DNA of 64,000 nucleotides from Candidatus Dormiibacterota bacterium. Its GTDB lineage: Bacteria > Chloroflexota > Dormibacteria > Aeolococcales > Aeolococcaceae. Numbering within the stretch: the stretch's first letter is position 1; each line of letters starts with the position of its first letter. The translations under genes were made by a program, and so were the position numbers. Below the pieces are notes generated by a model that was not told where the DNA came from, searched no databases, and saw nothing but the letters and a program-made list of their open reading frames with translations. The stretch covers positions 435,001-499,000 of the forward strand of contig CAWKKS010000001.1 of the NCBI GenBank assembly GCA_963850385.1, in the 5' to 3' direction. This document shows positions 49,484 through 59,471 of the stretch, piece after piece.

Positions 49484-50521
49484 TCAGGCCTTCGGAACAG
49501 CGCCCGTCGCCGGGTCCACCTTGCGCGCACGACTGGGCGCGACGCGCGGCGGTTCGCCCGGCATCTTCGGGTACTGCGGCGGCCAGGGTGCGTCGACCAG
49601 TCCAGCAGCGGTGTCGCGCTGGTGCAGCGCGAGCAGCGGCGCCAGCGACTGGGGTGCCGCATCCAGCAGTGCCCACGGGTCGCCATCGCGCGCGACGCGC
49701 GCGGGAACGGTGGCGATGGTGAGCCCGTCGGGGTGGACCGCGTCGAGCTCCTCCCAGGCAAACGGCGTCGACACCTGGGCACCCGGGCGGGCGCGAACCG
49801 ACCAGGCGCCGAAGATCGTCTTGTGCGGGGCGTTCTGGTTGAAGTCGATGAAGACCCTGCGGCCGCGCTCCTCCTTCCACCATGCCGACGTGATCAGGTC
49901 CGGGCGCCTTCGCTCCAGCTCGCGCGCCGTTGCCACCGCTGCCGAGCGCACCTCGTACGCCGTCCAGCGGGGTTGCAGGCGAACGTACACGTGGATGCCG
50001 CGGTTGCCGGTCGTCTTGGGCATGCACGCCACCCCGTGGTCCTGCAGCAGCCCCCGCACCTCCCGCGCCGCCTCCTGCACCATGCTGAACGTGACCCCGG
50101 GTGTCGGATCGAGGTCGATGCGCAGCTCATCCGAGTGCCCTGGATCGCTGGCTCGCGACGGCCACACGTGAAATCCCAGGCAGCCGAGGTTGACGGCCCA
50201 CAGCACGTGCGCGAGATCGGCGGCCACCAGCGCCTGCGACGTCGTCCCATTCGGTGTGCTGACGGTGGTGGTCTCCAACCAGTCCGGGCGTGACTCGGGC
50301 ACCCGCTTCTGGAAGAAGGAGGAGCCGCCAGCCCCGTTGGGAAATCGTTGCAGGAGCACCGGCCGGCCGCCCATGGCCCGCATCAGCGGCTCCTCGACGG
50401 ACTGGTAATAGCGCACCAGGTCGAGCTTGGTGTCGCCGCGCTCGGCGAAGAAGACCTTGCCGGGGCTGGTGATCGACACCTCGCGCCCGGCCGCCTCGAC
50501 GATCACCGCGTCGTCACCCAT
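49484..50521 (-). CDS. NHEJ LigD polymerase/primase domain (PolDom) protein, standalone
   Basis: 'TSPGKVFF…TKLDLVRYY…LLQRFPNG…WAVNLGCLGFH…ELRIDLDP…KTTGNRGIHVYV' LigD-Pol motifs. No ligase or Ku adjacent. Confidence 0.8.
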   Translation of the reverse strand: MGDDAVIVEAAGREVSITSPGKVFFAERGDTKLDLVRYYQSVEEPLMRAMGGRPVLLQRFPNGAGGSSFFQKRVPESRPDWLETTTVSTPNGTTSQALVAADLAHVLWAVNLGCLGFHVWPSRASDPGHSDELRIDLDPTPGVTFSMVQEAAREVRGLLQDHGVACMPKTTGNRGIHVYVRLQPRWTAYEVRSAAVATARELERRRPDLITSAWWKEERGRRVFIDFNQNAPHKTIFGAWSVRARPGAQVSTPFAWEELDAVHPDGLTIATVPARVARDGDPWALLDAAPQSLAPLLALHQRDTAAGLVDAPWPPQYPKMPGEPPRVAPSRARKVDPATGAVPKA

Positions 50522-50563
50522 CCCTGCCGACGATACCGCGGGGCCCTCCTCCGCGCCGTCGTC

Positions 50564-51254
50564 TCAGGCGCGGTAGGCGAAGCCGCGGCACACGGTCGGG
50601 GTCTGCAGCAGCGCCGCCGCGAGGCGAATGGTGACGGGTGCGCCCGGTCGGATCGTGGATCCGCGTGCCACGCCACCACCGACCAGCGTGCTGCCGACGA
50701 AGCAGGCCGCCACCACCTCGGCAGCCACCGTCGCCGTGGTGGCGACAGTGACGTCCACGGCAGGCGCGACAGCATCGGGGACGAACACCGCGCTCCGCAC
50801 CGCCAGTGGGTTGGCCGCCGCCGCCGACGGCAGCCCGCCGGCGCTCGCTGTGACCGACCCGATGCTGTCGTCCGCGGGCACGGCGAGCCGCACCATCGCC
50901 GCCTCAGCCTCCTCGGCTCCGAGCGCGGCAATCGTGGCGTCACCTTGCACATCGGACCGCCCGTTGGCGCTGTGGGCGACCACCCTCACCCGCACCGCCA
51001 CCCGTGGCGTGGTGTCGTTGACCACCACCACGAAAGCCACTGTCCCGGACGGCGTGGGCGCCGTGACGGTGTCGGTGATCAGTGTTGTCGACGACCCGGT
51101 GGTGGCCGGCGCCGGCGAGACCGTCGCCGCGCTGAACGGCGTGGAGTGGGCGCCGCCGCTGATCGGTGGCCGGCCCGCGTCGCCGCAGCCGCCCAGCAGG
51201 ACGATCGCGGCGGTCGCGGTCGACCAGTGACGCCCGCGATGCCGCCCGCTCAAC
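50564..51254 (-). CDS. lipoprotein of unknown function
   Basis: TTG start overlaps the upstream stop (TTGA). Signal + lipobox 'AAIVLLGGC'; Ala/Val/Thr-rich. Confidence 0.4.
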
Positions 51255-53421
51255 TGACCACTGTCGCCATGTTGTCGATGTAGCTGAAGGACCGGGTGAA
51301 GTCTGCCCACGAGAACACCTTGCGGGTGGCGGTGTAGGGGTCGTTGATGATCACCTGCTGGGTGCCGAAGTCAATGCCGACAAGGGCGAACACATGGTTG
51401 TTGAGGACATACTGGACGGTGCGACCGTCCCACGCCGTGTAGGTGCGTGGAGCCGCATCTGCCATGTTGTACGAGCCCTCGACGGCTGCCGGGTAGCCGG
51501 ATACCACAAGGTCGAAGAGCTGGCTGACGCTCCACTGCTCCTTGCCGATGGCGCCGTGGCCGAGGTATTGGGCCATGCGCGCCAGGGGCGGGTAATAGAT
51601 CCCATACCCGGTCGCGTTCCATTCGGAGGCGTTGACATTGCCGACGAACGCCGTGTACGGGTCGCCCCACTGCACGATGTTCCCCGCCGCATCCTTCGCC
51701 GCGGGACGGAGATCGGCTCCCCAGTAAGCCAACTCCCAGTCCTGGCTGACGCTGGTCCCGCGGGCGGCAAGCACCATCTGCATGGTGGCAGCCTCGCAGT
51801 CGAGCGGATGCGCCTGCTTGGTCATGGGCACGTTGAGGAGGTACAGCCCGCCCACGCCTGCGGCATAGGCAGCGGAGGCGTCGCTCGACAGGGGTTGCGG
51901 TGCGGCCTGCGGATCCGTGGGGTTGAGCAGCGCGACGTCACGGACGATGTCCCAGCTCCCCCAGTCAGTCCAATGCGCCCACGAGGGGTGGACGTACCCG
52001 CCGGCGAACGACACCACCGTCCCGCTCCTGGCCACGCTGTACCAGCCGAAGCCGGTCTGATGCAGGGCGTGGTACATCGGCCGGCCGGGGTTGGGTGTGG
52101 CGTCACCGAGAGGTGGCGCGGCACCGAAGGCATGGGTGCGACCGACATCGTCCATCGCCCATCCACCGTCCGGTGTGCCCCTGGCGTTGCTGTGGATGAC
52201 CAGCCCCCGGTAGATGTCGAAACCCTGCATGTATGGTGGCCCACCGATGTCGGGCGCCGCGCCCCACGCGTGAACACCGCCGAATCCGTCGAGGACGTAC
52301 CCGGCCGAGCCGTCCGCGATCCCCTGGGAGTCGTGAGCGGTCACCACCAACGACCGCGCGATGTCCCAACCCCAGTACACCGGGGTGGGAGCTGCCGGCG
52401 CCGCGCCCCACGCGTGGACGGCCCCGAAGCCATCAAGCGTCCAGCCGCCGCTGCCATCCTCGCGCACCTGCACTGCGCGGGCGATGTCCCACCCCGGCCA
52501 GTACGGTGCGCCGCTGCCGTTGACGGGTATCTGCCCGAAGGGGCGCAGACCTCCGAAACCATCGAGGGTGACGCCGCCCGAGGGCCTCTGCGCAGCTGCT
52601 GATATGGCGGCGGCGGCGGCGCTCCGAGGCTGCGGGGTGGGCTGCCCGGCGTCGCTCCGCAACAGGGCGACGTCCCGCTGGATGTCCCACGCGCCCCAGT
52701 CCGGGTACGCGGACCAATACGGCTGCACGGCGCCCCACACCTGCATGGCGCCCCAGTGACCGACCGTGTACCCAGTCGCAGCTGTGCCGCGCATCTTCAC
52801 CCACAGCGCCTTCCCGGCCGGCACCACCGGGGCGGCCTTCGCGGCTGCGGCGCCGAACGCGTGCAGCGTGTCGTCGCTGTACAGGATCCAGCCCCCATCC
52901 GGGGCCCCGCCGGTGTCGTAGTCCACCATCAGGCTTCGGGCGATGTCAGTTCCCGGGTAGGGGCCGGCGAGCGCCGGCGCGCCGCCCCACGGGTGGATTC
53001 CTCCCAACCCGTCGAGGAGGTACCCCTGGCGGCCGTCGACCTCACCATCTGTTCCGCGTGACGTCAGCACCATGTCGCGAGCGATGTCCCAGCCACGCCA
53101 GTACGTGGGCGTCGCCACTGTCGAGGCGCCTCCCCAGGAGTGCACGGCGCCGAAGCCATCGAGCGTCCAACCACCGCTCCCGTCGGCGCGAACCACGACA
53201 GAACGGGCGATATCCCACCCCGGCCAGTAGGGCGCGTTCACGGAGTTGATCGAGGCGCCCCCGAAGGTGTGCAGGCCGCCATAACCATCGAGCACCACCC
53301 CGCCCGGTTGCGGTGCGGCGGCCGCGCCGGCCGCATCCAGCGCGACAGGCGGCGCCAGCAGCGAGGCTGCCACGACCAGCAACGCAGCCATGCGGCGCCA
53401 CTGCCGGCGCCGTGGGGACAT
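51250..53421 (-). CDS. secreted protein: ~10 tandem 'LDGFGG-H-FG…YW-GWDIAR' repeats plus a C-terminal peptidase C39-like domain
   Basis: Signal 'MAALLVVAASLLAPPVALDAAGAAAA'. Repeats e.g. 'WTLDGFGAVHSWGGAS…YWRGWDIARDMVL'. C-terminus 'PLDCEAATMQMVL…NNHVFALVGID…IINDPY' has the Cys/His/Asp pattern of a C39-like peptidase. Confidence 0.65.
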   Translation of the reverse strand: MSPRRRQWRRMAALLVVAASLLAPPVALDAAGAAAAPQPGGVVLDGYGGLHTFGGASINSVNAPYWPGWDIARSVVVRADGSGGWTLDGFGAVHSWGGASTVATPTYWRGWDIARDMVLTSRGTDGEVDGRQGYLLDGLGGIHPWGGAPALAGPYPGTDIARSLMVDYDTGGAPDGGWILYSDDTLHAFGAAAAKAAPVVPAGKALWVKMRGTAATGYTVGHWGAMQVWGAVQPYWSAYPDWGAWDIQRDVALLRSDAGQPTPQPRSAAAAAISAAAQRPSGGVTLDGFGGLRPFGQIPVNGSGAPYWPGWDIARAVQVREDGSGGWTLDGFGAVHAWGAAPAAPTPVYWGWDIARSLVVTAHDSQGIADGSAGYVLDGFGGVHAWGAAPDIGGPPYMQGFDIYRGLVIHSNARGTPDGGWAMDDVGRTHAFGAAPPLGDATPNPGRPMYHALHQTGFGWYSVARSGTVVSFAGGYVHPSWAHWTDWGSWDIVRDVALLNPTDPQAAPQPLSSDASAAYAAGVGGLYLLNVPMTKQAHPLDCEAATMQMVLAARGTSVSQDWELAYWGADLRPAAKDAAGNIVQWGDPYTAFVGNVNASEWNATGYGIYYPPLARMAQYLGHGAIGKEQWSVSQLFDLVVSGYPAAVEGSYNMADAAPRTYTAWDGRTVQYVLNNHVFALVGIDFGTQQVIINDPYTATRKVFSWADFTRSFSYIDNMATVVS

Positions 53422-53519
53422 CCTGCCCCCCGGCTTCTGCCGCACCGGGAGATGGTAAGTGCGCCGCGGCCGAAAAGCGGCGCACGCGACAGTGATGCGA
53501 CGACGGTCCCTGCGCGCGG

Positions 53520-56034
53520 CTACGCGATCGACAGCTGCTTGACGATGCCGCCGGCCGCGGCGCTGGGCACGGAGACTGCCGGCGCTCCCCCGAACGCGTG
53601 CATCACGCCCCACCCGTCGGCCACGTACCCGGCGCTCGACGAACCGGGGAGAAGGACGACACCGCGTGCGATGTCCCAACCCGACCAGTAGGCAGATGGC
53701 GGCGAAGGCGATGGCGGGGAGTTTCCCGCAGTACCGAACTGGTGCAGGCCGCCGAAGCCGTCGAGAACGTAGCCGCCGGTGCCGGCGGCGTCGAGCACGA
53801 ACCGATGGGCGATGTCCCACCCGCTCCACCATGCCGACACGGTCACGTCAGGTGCCATGTCGTTCGGTGCACCGAATGGATGCACACCCCCCCAGCCGTC
53901 GAGGACGTAGCCACTCTGCCCGTCCCCGCGGAGCTGTACATCGCGACCGATGTCCCAGCCACGCCAGTAGGCGGAGACGTTGACGTCGGGGGGCATGTCG
54001 CCTGCTGTCCCGAACGGATGCAACGTGCCCCATCCGTCCAGCACGTAGCCACTGTGCCCGTCGGAACGCAGGACGATCCCGCGTGCGATGTCCCACCCGG
54101 GCCAGTAGCCGGTGCCGTTCACGGTGGGGGCGTTGCCCAGCGCATGGATGCCGCCGAAGCCGTCGAGCAGGTAGCCGCCGAGACCTCCCGAGCTGATCGC
54201 CACGCCGCGCACGATGTCCCATGTCGGCCAGACGCTGGCATTCGCCATCGGGGCTGAGGATCCGCCATGCAGGAGGCCGTGACCGTCGACGGCATACATC
54301 CCCCTGAATGGCGTGGCCCAGGTCGCCGACTGTGAGAACGCGGTCGACACCGTCCCCGCGGAGAACGTTGGTTCGGCCGCGCCGGGTTGGATGGCGAAGT
54401 CGTAGGTGTGGCCGGGCTGGCCGTAGAACGGCATGCTCGTCGACCCTGTCCGCCCGTAGGGCGCCCAGCCGCCGATGCCACGGTCCTTGACCCACAGCGT
54501 GTACTGACCGGCGCCGACACTGTTCGCATCGAGGCTCCAGGCGAGTGTCACGGCTGTCGTGTTCTGCGTGGCCGATGGTGCAGTCATCGTGGCGCTGGGC
54601 AGGATGACGCCGCTCAATTGGCCGTTCCCATGAAAGGTGGGCCACGCGCCGGCAAGCATCCTGTTGGTGCCGGGGATGGCGAAGGCACGGACGGTCCACG
54701 AGTTGAAGGAAGAGCTCGTGGTCTGGTCGACGGTGACGACGCTGAGCTGCGCGCCACCCAGGCTGCCGATCGCCGGTGCGCCGAACGCGCCCCAGTCCAG
54801 GCCCCCGGCCGTCCATACCAGCTGGCCGGCACCGTTGAAGGCGTCAAGGGTGCCGAGGTTGGCGATCCAGACTCCGTTGGCCGTGGCGCTGATCGGCCCG
54901 ATGGTCGGGTTGGCGATCAGGCCGTTCTGGTTCAGGTTGACCGGCCACCCCGCCAGCGGGCTGCCGTTTGCGCTCCACGCGTAGACGCGACCGTCAGCAC
55001 TGGCTTCCACGACCTCGCGCTGACCATTGCCGAAGAGGTCCCCGGCAGCCGGCGACGCCATGTTTCGACCGCCGGTTGCCTGAGGCCATCCGCCCAGGCG
55101 AGCGCCCGCGCTGCTCCAAGCGTTGACGTACTGGCCGGCAGGCGCGGCGAAGTTGAGCCCGCTGCCGTCGACGATCTCAGTGGAGCCATTGTTGAGGAGG
55201 TCCGCGGCCAACGGTGACGACCAGGGGACCTGGTCGAACGTCTGCGGCCATCCCGGCAGGACGCAGCCGGAGCTGTTCGCATACGTGGCGGTGCATCCCG
55301 TGGGGCGGAACGCCCACATCTCTCCACCGCGCTGGTACGGGTCGTAGGGCGGCCCCGTCGAGTTCGAAGCCCACGACGATGTCGAGCTGCCCTCGATGTT
55401 CGAGGTCGACGAGCGTCGGCGTGTCGAAGGCCGTGTCCCACACGTGGATGGGGAAGCCGGGAAGGAGCGCCCCCGTCTTGTTCCATGCGTAGAGGTGCTG
55501 GTCCCACGCCGCGGCCACGAGCTCGTTGTTGCCGTCACCGAAGAGGTCGCCGACGGCGACGCCGCCGAAGAAACCGGCCGGGGTGTTGGGGGGAGGCATG
55601 CTGTGTTGGGGCCAGCCGGGGGCGAGGGATCCGTCGCCGTTCCACACGTACACCCGACCTGCCTCCGAGGTCGCGATCACCTCCTCGCGGCCGTCGTTGT
55701 TGAGATCGGCGACCGATGGGTTGGTGTGCATGGCGCCGCCGGTGAACTGAGGCCAGCCGGGCAGCTCGGCACCGGTCAGGCCGTCAAGCACTGACACGCT
55801 GCCGTCCATGAAGCCGACCACCACCTGCTTGCGTCCATCCCCGAACAGGTCGGCGATGGTGGCACCGCCGAGTGGCTGCGCCGACACCTTGGAGGCAGTG
55901 CTCGAGCCCGGACCGACGTGGATTGTCGCGCTCCAGCTCTGGCTCAGCGTACCGGCGGCGGCGGCGCGCTGACCGGGAACCAACATGCCGAAGGTTGCGA
56001 TTCCCAAGGCAATCGCGGCGAGGAACTTCCACAC
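53520..56034 (-). CDS. secreted FG-GAP-like / Fn3-like / 'WDIAR'-repeat protein (one apparent frameshift near 55356)
   Basis: Signal '(M)WKFLAAIALGIATFGMLVPGQRAAAAG'. FG-GAP-like 'DLFGDGRKQVVVG', 'DLNNDGREEVIA', 'GDLFGDGNNELV'. Frame switches at GGGG (55356) into '…GPPYDPYQRGG…'. C-terminus has 5–6 copies of 'YVLDGWGGVHPFG…YWRGWDIGRD'. Confidence 0.6.
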
Positions 56035-56153
56035 AACTGCACCCACCGGCTCCACGCTACCGGATGGGATTGGCGACCTCGCGCTTCGCAACCAACTCGT
56101 GGCGGCGCCGTTGGTGCGCCTGCGGGAGGCCCGTGCGCGACGGCGAGCCGCGT

Positions 56154-56231
56154 TGGTCGGGAAGGGGAGATTCGAACTCCCGACCTCACGGTCCCGAACC
56201 GTGCACTCTAACCTGGCTGAGCTACTTCCCG
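56154..56231 (-). tRNA. tRNA-Pro (anticodon CGG)
   Basis: Cloverleaf on the reverse strand: acceptor CGGGAAG/CTTCCCG, anticodon stem CACGG/CCGTG with loop TTCGGGA, T-arm GGGAG-TTCGAAT-CTCCC, discriminator A, encoded CCA. Confidence 0.85.
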
Positions 56232-56312
56232 AGCCGCCGGAGTCTAGCACTGCGCTGTCGGGATCCTCGGACCCCACACCTACAATGGCCCCACATCCAT
56301 TGAGGAGAGCGG

Positions 56313-57302
56313 ATGAGCCCGCGTGCCACAGCGTCTCCACGTTCCTCGCGGCAACGGGCCGGCGACGAGCTGCTCGCGCTCGCTGCGGCGCCGCCGCGTC
56401 CTCGCCGTCAGACCGCGCCGCGTACCCCGAGCCCGCTGCGCGAGATCATCGACACGTTGGACGGCACCGTACAGGGGGTGCTCGAGCGGGGCCGGCACGG
56501 CTCACTCGACGAGCGCGATCCCGAGTACATGGCGCGCAACCTCCGCTGGCTCAACTACGTCGCCGACTACTACTTCCGCGGTGAGGTGCGCCACCTCGAG
56601 CGCATCCCCGCCACCGGGCCGGTGCTGCTGGTCGGCAACCACAGCGGTGGCATGGCCACACCGGACACGTGGGTGTTCATGGTGAACTACCTTCGGCACT
56701 TCGGCCTCTGCCGCCCCAGCTACGCGCTGGCGCACAACATCGTCATGGGTCTGCCGGTCATGGGCGCGATGCTGCGCAAGTCGGGCACGCTCCCCGCGCA
56801 CCCGGATTTCGCGCGAGCGGCACTGCGCAAGGGTGCGTCGGTGCTGGTGTATCCCGGCGGGGACGAGGACGTGTTCCGCACCTGGTCGGAGCGCAACCGC
56901 ATCCACCTGGCGAATCGGACCGGCTTCGTTCGGCTGGCCTTGCAGGAGCGCGTACCCATCCAGCCCGTCGTCAGCATCGGCGGCCACGAGACCGTGTTCG
57001 TCGCCAGTGATGGCAAGAAGCTGGCGCGCCTGCTCGGGCTCGAGAGATTCCGCCTCAAAGCCCTGCCCATCATGTTCTGCCTGCCGTGGGTGGTGTCGCC
57101 TGGCAATTACCTGCTGCATGTCCCGCTGCCGGCAAAGATCACCGTCGAGGTGGGCGAACCGATCGACTTCCACGCCACGTTCGGCACCCTCGACCCGCGC
57201 GATCCCGAGGTGCTGTGGGCGTGTTACCACTACGTCGAGCAGCGGATGCAGGGCATCCTCGACGGGCTGGCCGCGGAACGCAGGCTTCCCGTGCTCGGCT
57301 GA
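56313..57302 (+). CDS. lysophospholipid (1-acyl-sn-glycerol-3-phosphate) acyltransferase family protein
   Basis: 'LLVGNHSGGMATPD' HX4D-type acyltransferase motif, 'VYPGGDED'. Confidence 0.7.
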   Translation: MSPRATASPRSSRQRAGDELLALAAAPPRPRRQTAPRTPSPLREIIDTLDGTVQGVLERGRHGSLDERDPEYMARNLRWLNYVADYYFRGEVRHLERIPATGPVLLVGNHSGGMATPDTWVFMVNYLRHFGLCRPSYALAHNIVMGLPVMGAMLRKSGTLPAHPDFARAALRKGASVLVYPGGDEDVFRTWSERNRIHLANRTGFVRLALQERVPIQPVVSIGGHETVFVASDGKKLARLLGLERFRLKALPIMFCLPWVVSPGNYLLHVPLPAKITVEVGEPIDFHATFGTLDPRDPEVLWACYHYVEQRMQGILDGLAAERRLPVLG

Positions 57303-57321
57303 CCACCCGGAGGATCACGCC

Positions 57322-57801
57322 ATGGGACACATCACCAGCAGCGAGCTCATCGCCGCACCGGTCGAGACGGTGTTCGCGTTCGTCGACGACCATCGCAACA
57401 CGACCAAGTACATGAAGGACCTCACCAGGTGGGCGCCCGTCGGCGCCACGACGCATGGCAAGGGGGCGAGGTTCGCGGTGGCCATGAAGGCGGGGCCGAT
57501 GACCCTCTCCTCAGTGGTTGACATCACCACCTGGAAGGCGAATCGCACCATCGGCTGGAAGTCCACCGAGGGGTTCAAGCAGACGGGCAGGTGGTCGTTC
57601 GCGCCATCAGACGGCGGCACCGAGGCCACCTTCGACATGGAGTACGAGCTGCCCGGTGGCATTGCCGGACGGATGGCATCGCGCCTCGCGGACCCTGTGG
57701 TCCGCAGCAACATCGAGCAGTCAGTCCGCGCCCTGCGGTCGCAGGTCGAGCGAGCGGTGAAGGCGAAGAACCCGGCGAAGCCGCCCGCGCGCAAGCGCTG
57801 A
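57322..57801 (+). CDS. SRPBCC-family protein
   Basis: ATG preceded by 'ggaggatcacgcc'; 159 aa with a polyketide-cyclase/START-like fold pattern. Confidence 0.6.
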   Translation: MGHITSSELIAAPVETVFAFVDDHRNTTKYMKDLTRWAPVGATTHGKGARFAVAMKAGPMTLSSVVDITTWKANRTIGWKSTEGFKQTGRWSFAPSDGGTEATFDMEYELPGGIAGRMASRLADPVVRSNIEQSVRALRSQVERAVKAKNPAKPPARKR

Positions 57802-59178
57802 CAGAGGCGGTTCGATCGCGTCGCGGGGGCGGAGGTTGCCAGACCCCACCACGAACATCATCGCGATGGCGGCGATGAAGTAGTAGTTGATGAAAGCCTG
57901 CTTGCCGAAGAAGCACACGACGACGAGCAGCCCCGCTCCCGCAGCCAGCATGGAGCCGTAGTCCCGAGGTCGGCGCAGCGTGAAGACTGCCAGTACGACG
58001 GCGATGCCGGCAAGCAGGACGATGCTCGGCAGGAAGCCGTGGCCGAGGACGTTGGAGAGGCCGTCAAGGCTGACGCTGTCCGGTCGGGTCGGCAGGTCGC
58101 CGAAGACGCCTGCGGTGTCGTAGATGAACTGGGCGACTCCCGTCCAGATCGCGAAGGGGAGAAGCACCAGCACCGTCCCCCCCAGCGCCCAGGTCAGCTC
58201 ACGTCGGGATTCTCTCGTCCAGAGCAGCAGAGGGAGCATGACCAGCAGGATGGACGGCTTGCTGGAGAGGCCGAGGGTGAGGACGAAGGTCGCCCAGCCC
58301 CGGTGGCGTTCGCGCAGCACGAGCCACCAGGCGAGACCGGCGACGCAGAACGTGTCGGTCCACTCGGTGAGGACCATGAACGGCACGAACGGCGAGGCCA
58401 TCCACAGCGCGGTGATGGTGGGGGAGAGGCGGTGGCTGCCGGTCCCTCGCCGCGTCCACACCAGGATGGCCGCCAGGATGGCGATGTTGAGCACCACGAC
58501 GGTCAGGCGCACGTCACCGAGCAGGCGCGCGGGGAGGCTCAACAAGACCACCATCGGCCCGTAGCAGAGCGCCGCGGTGCCGAAGACGGCCTGGCCGTGC
58601 CAGGCGTGGTTGCCGACCCACCCCAGGAACACCGGGTACTGAGCCGAGTACGGGTTCTGGCCGTGGAGGAGCGCCGCGGTTGAGCCCTGGATCTCCGCGA
58701 AGACATCGATCTTGGCGTGGCCCCACTGCCACTCACCGACCATGGCCGCGAGAGTCACTGCCCCCGCCCCGGCCACGAAGAGCCATGCGACGCGACTTGA
58801 GCGCACCAACGGCACAGCGGCGAGCCCGGCACCGACGAGGTAGATCTGCGGGCCGGGCACGATGAAGGCAGGCTGAAGAAACGTCTGGGCGCCAATCGCA
58901 ACCGCGCAGAGGACGGCGCCGGGGAGGGACGCGGGGCGGCTGATGCACAGGTAGCAGAGCAGTGCCGAGAGCGCGATCAGGATGAAGCCCACCACGTACC
59001 GGCCGGGGTCGGGCGCCACGTCGACGTTGCCCGCCCCAAAACGCGCCCACACGTTCCCTGTGCCCAGCGCGCACAGGCCGATCACGGCGATGTCCGCCCG
59101 CCCGGTGGCGCGGATCCGGGCGGACACCCGCGACCACCCCGCGGTCGGCGCTGGGCGTGCCGGCGCCAACGCGGTCAT
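57721..59178 (-). CDS. polytopic membrane protein (GT87/DUF2029-like glycosyltransferase family)
   Basis: ≥10 TM helices with aromatic-rich loops. ATG at 59178 chosen over the longer ORF that carries Arg-rich junk. Confidence 0.5.
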   Translation of the reverse strand: MTALAPARPAPTAGWSRVSARIRATGRADIAVIGLCALGTGNVWARFGAGNVDVAPDPGRYVVGFILIALSALLCYLCISRPASLPGAVLCAVAIGAQTFLQPAFIVPGPQIYLVGAGLAAVPLVRSSRVAWLFVAGAGAVTLAAMVGEWQWGHAKIDVFAEIQGSTAALLHGQNPYSAQYPVFLGWVGNHAWHGQAVFGTAALCYGPMVVLLSLPARLLGDVRLTVVVLNIAILAAILVWTRRGTGSHRLSPTITALWMASPFVPFMVLTEWTDTFCVAGLAWWLVLRERHRGWATFVLTLGLSSKPSILLVMLPLLLWTRESRRELTWALGGTVLVLLPFAIWTGVAQFIYDTAGVFGDLPTRPDSVSLDGLSNVLGHGFLPSIVLLAGIAVVLAVFTLRRPRDYGSMLAAGAGLLVVVCFFGKQAFINYYFIAAIAMMFVVGSGNLRPRDAIEPPLSALARGRLRRVLRLHRSLDLRPQGAD

Positions 59179-59471
59179 GGCGCGCCTCTCTTCACGCTCC
59201 GAGGTTAGGCGCAGCCGCCCGATGGCGGGCGACATCGCCGTCCCAAGCCAATGGTGGCACTGTGACGCGGGACCGATCGCGTTGTCTGCCACGGCGCTGT
59301 CATCGCCACAGCGCCGCTGTTACGCCGCCTCCACCACTCTGCAACCCCGCGAGCGCAGCCGTCCTGCCGCGACCCCCCGATAATCGCCGTTGCCTTCCGC
59401 GATCGGACCGCGCGGGATTCGCCAGGTCGTCAAACAGCCGCGGACCCAACGCGGCACGTTGAGGTGGAGCC

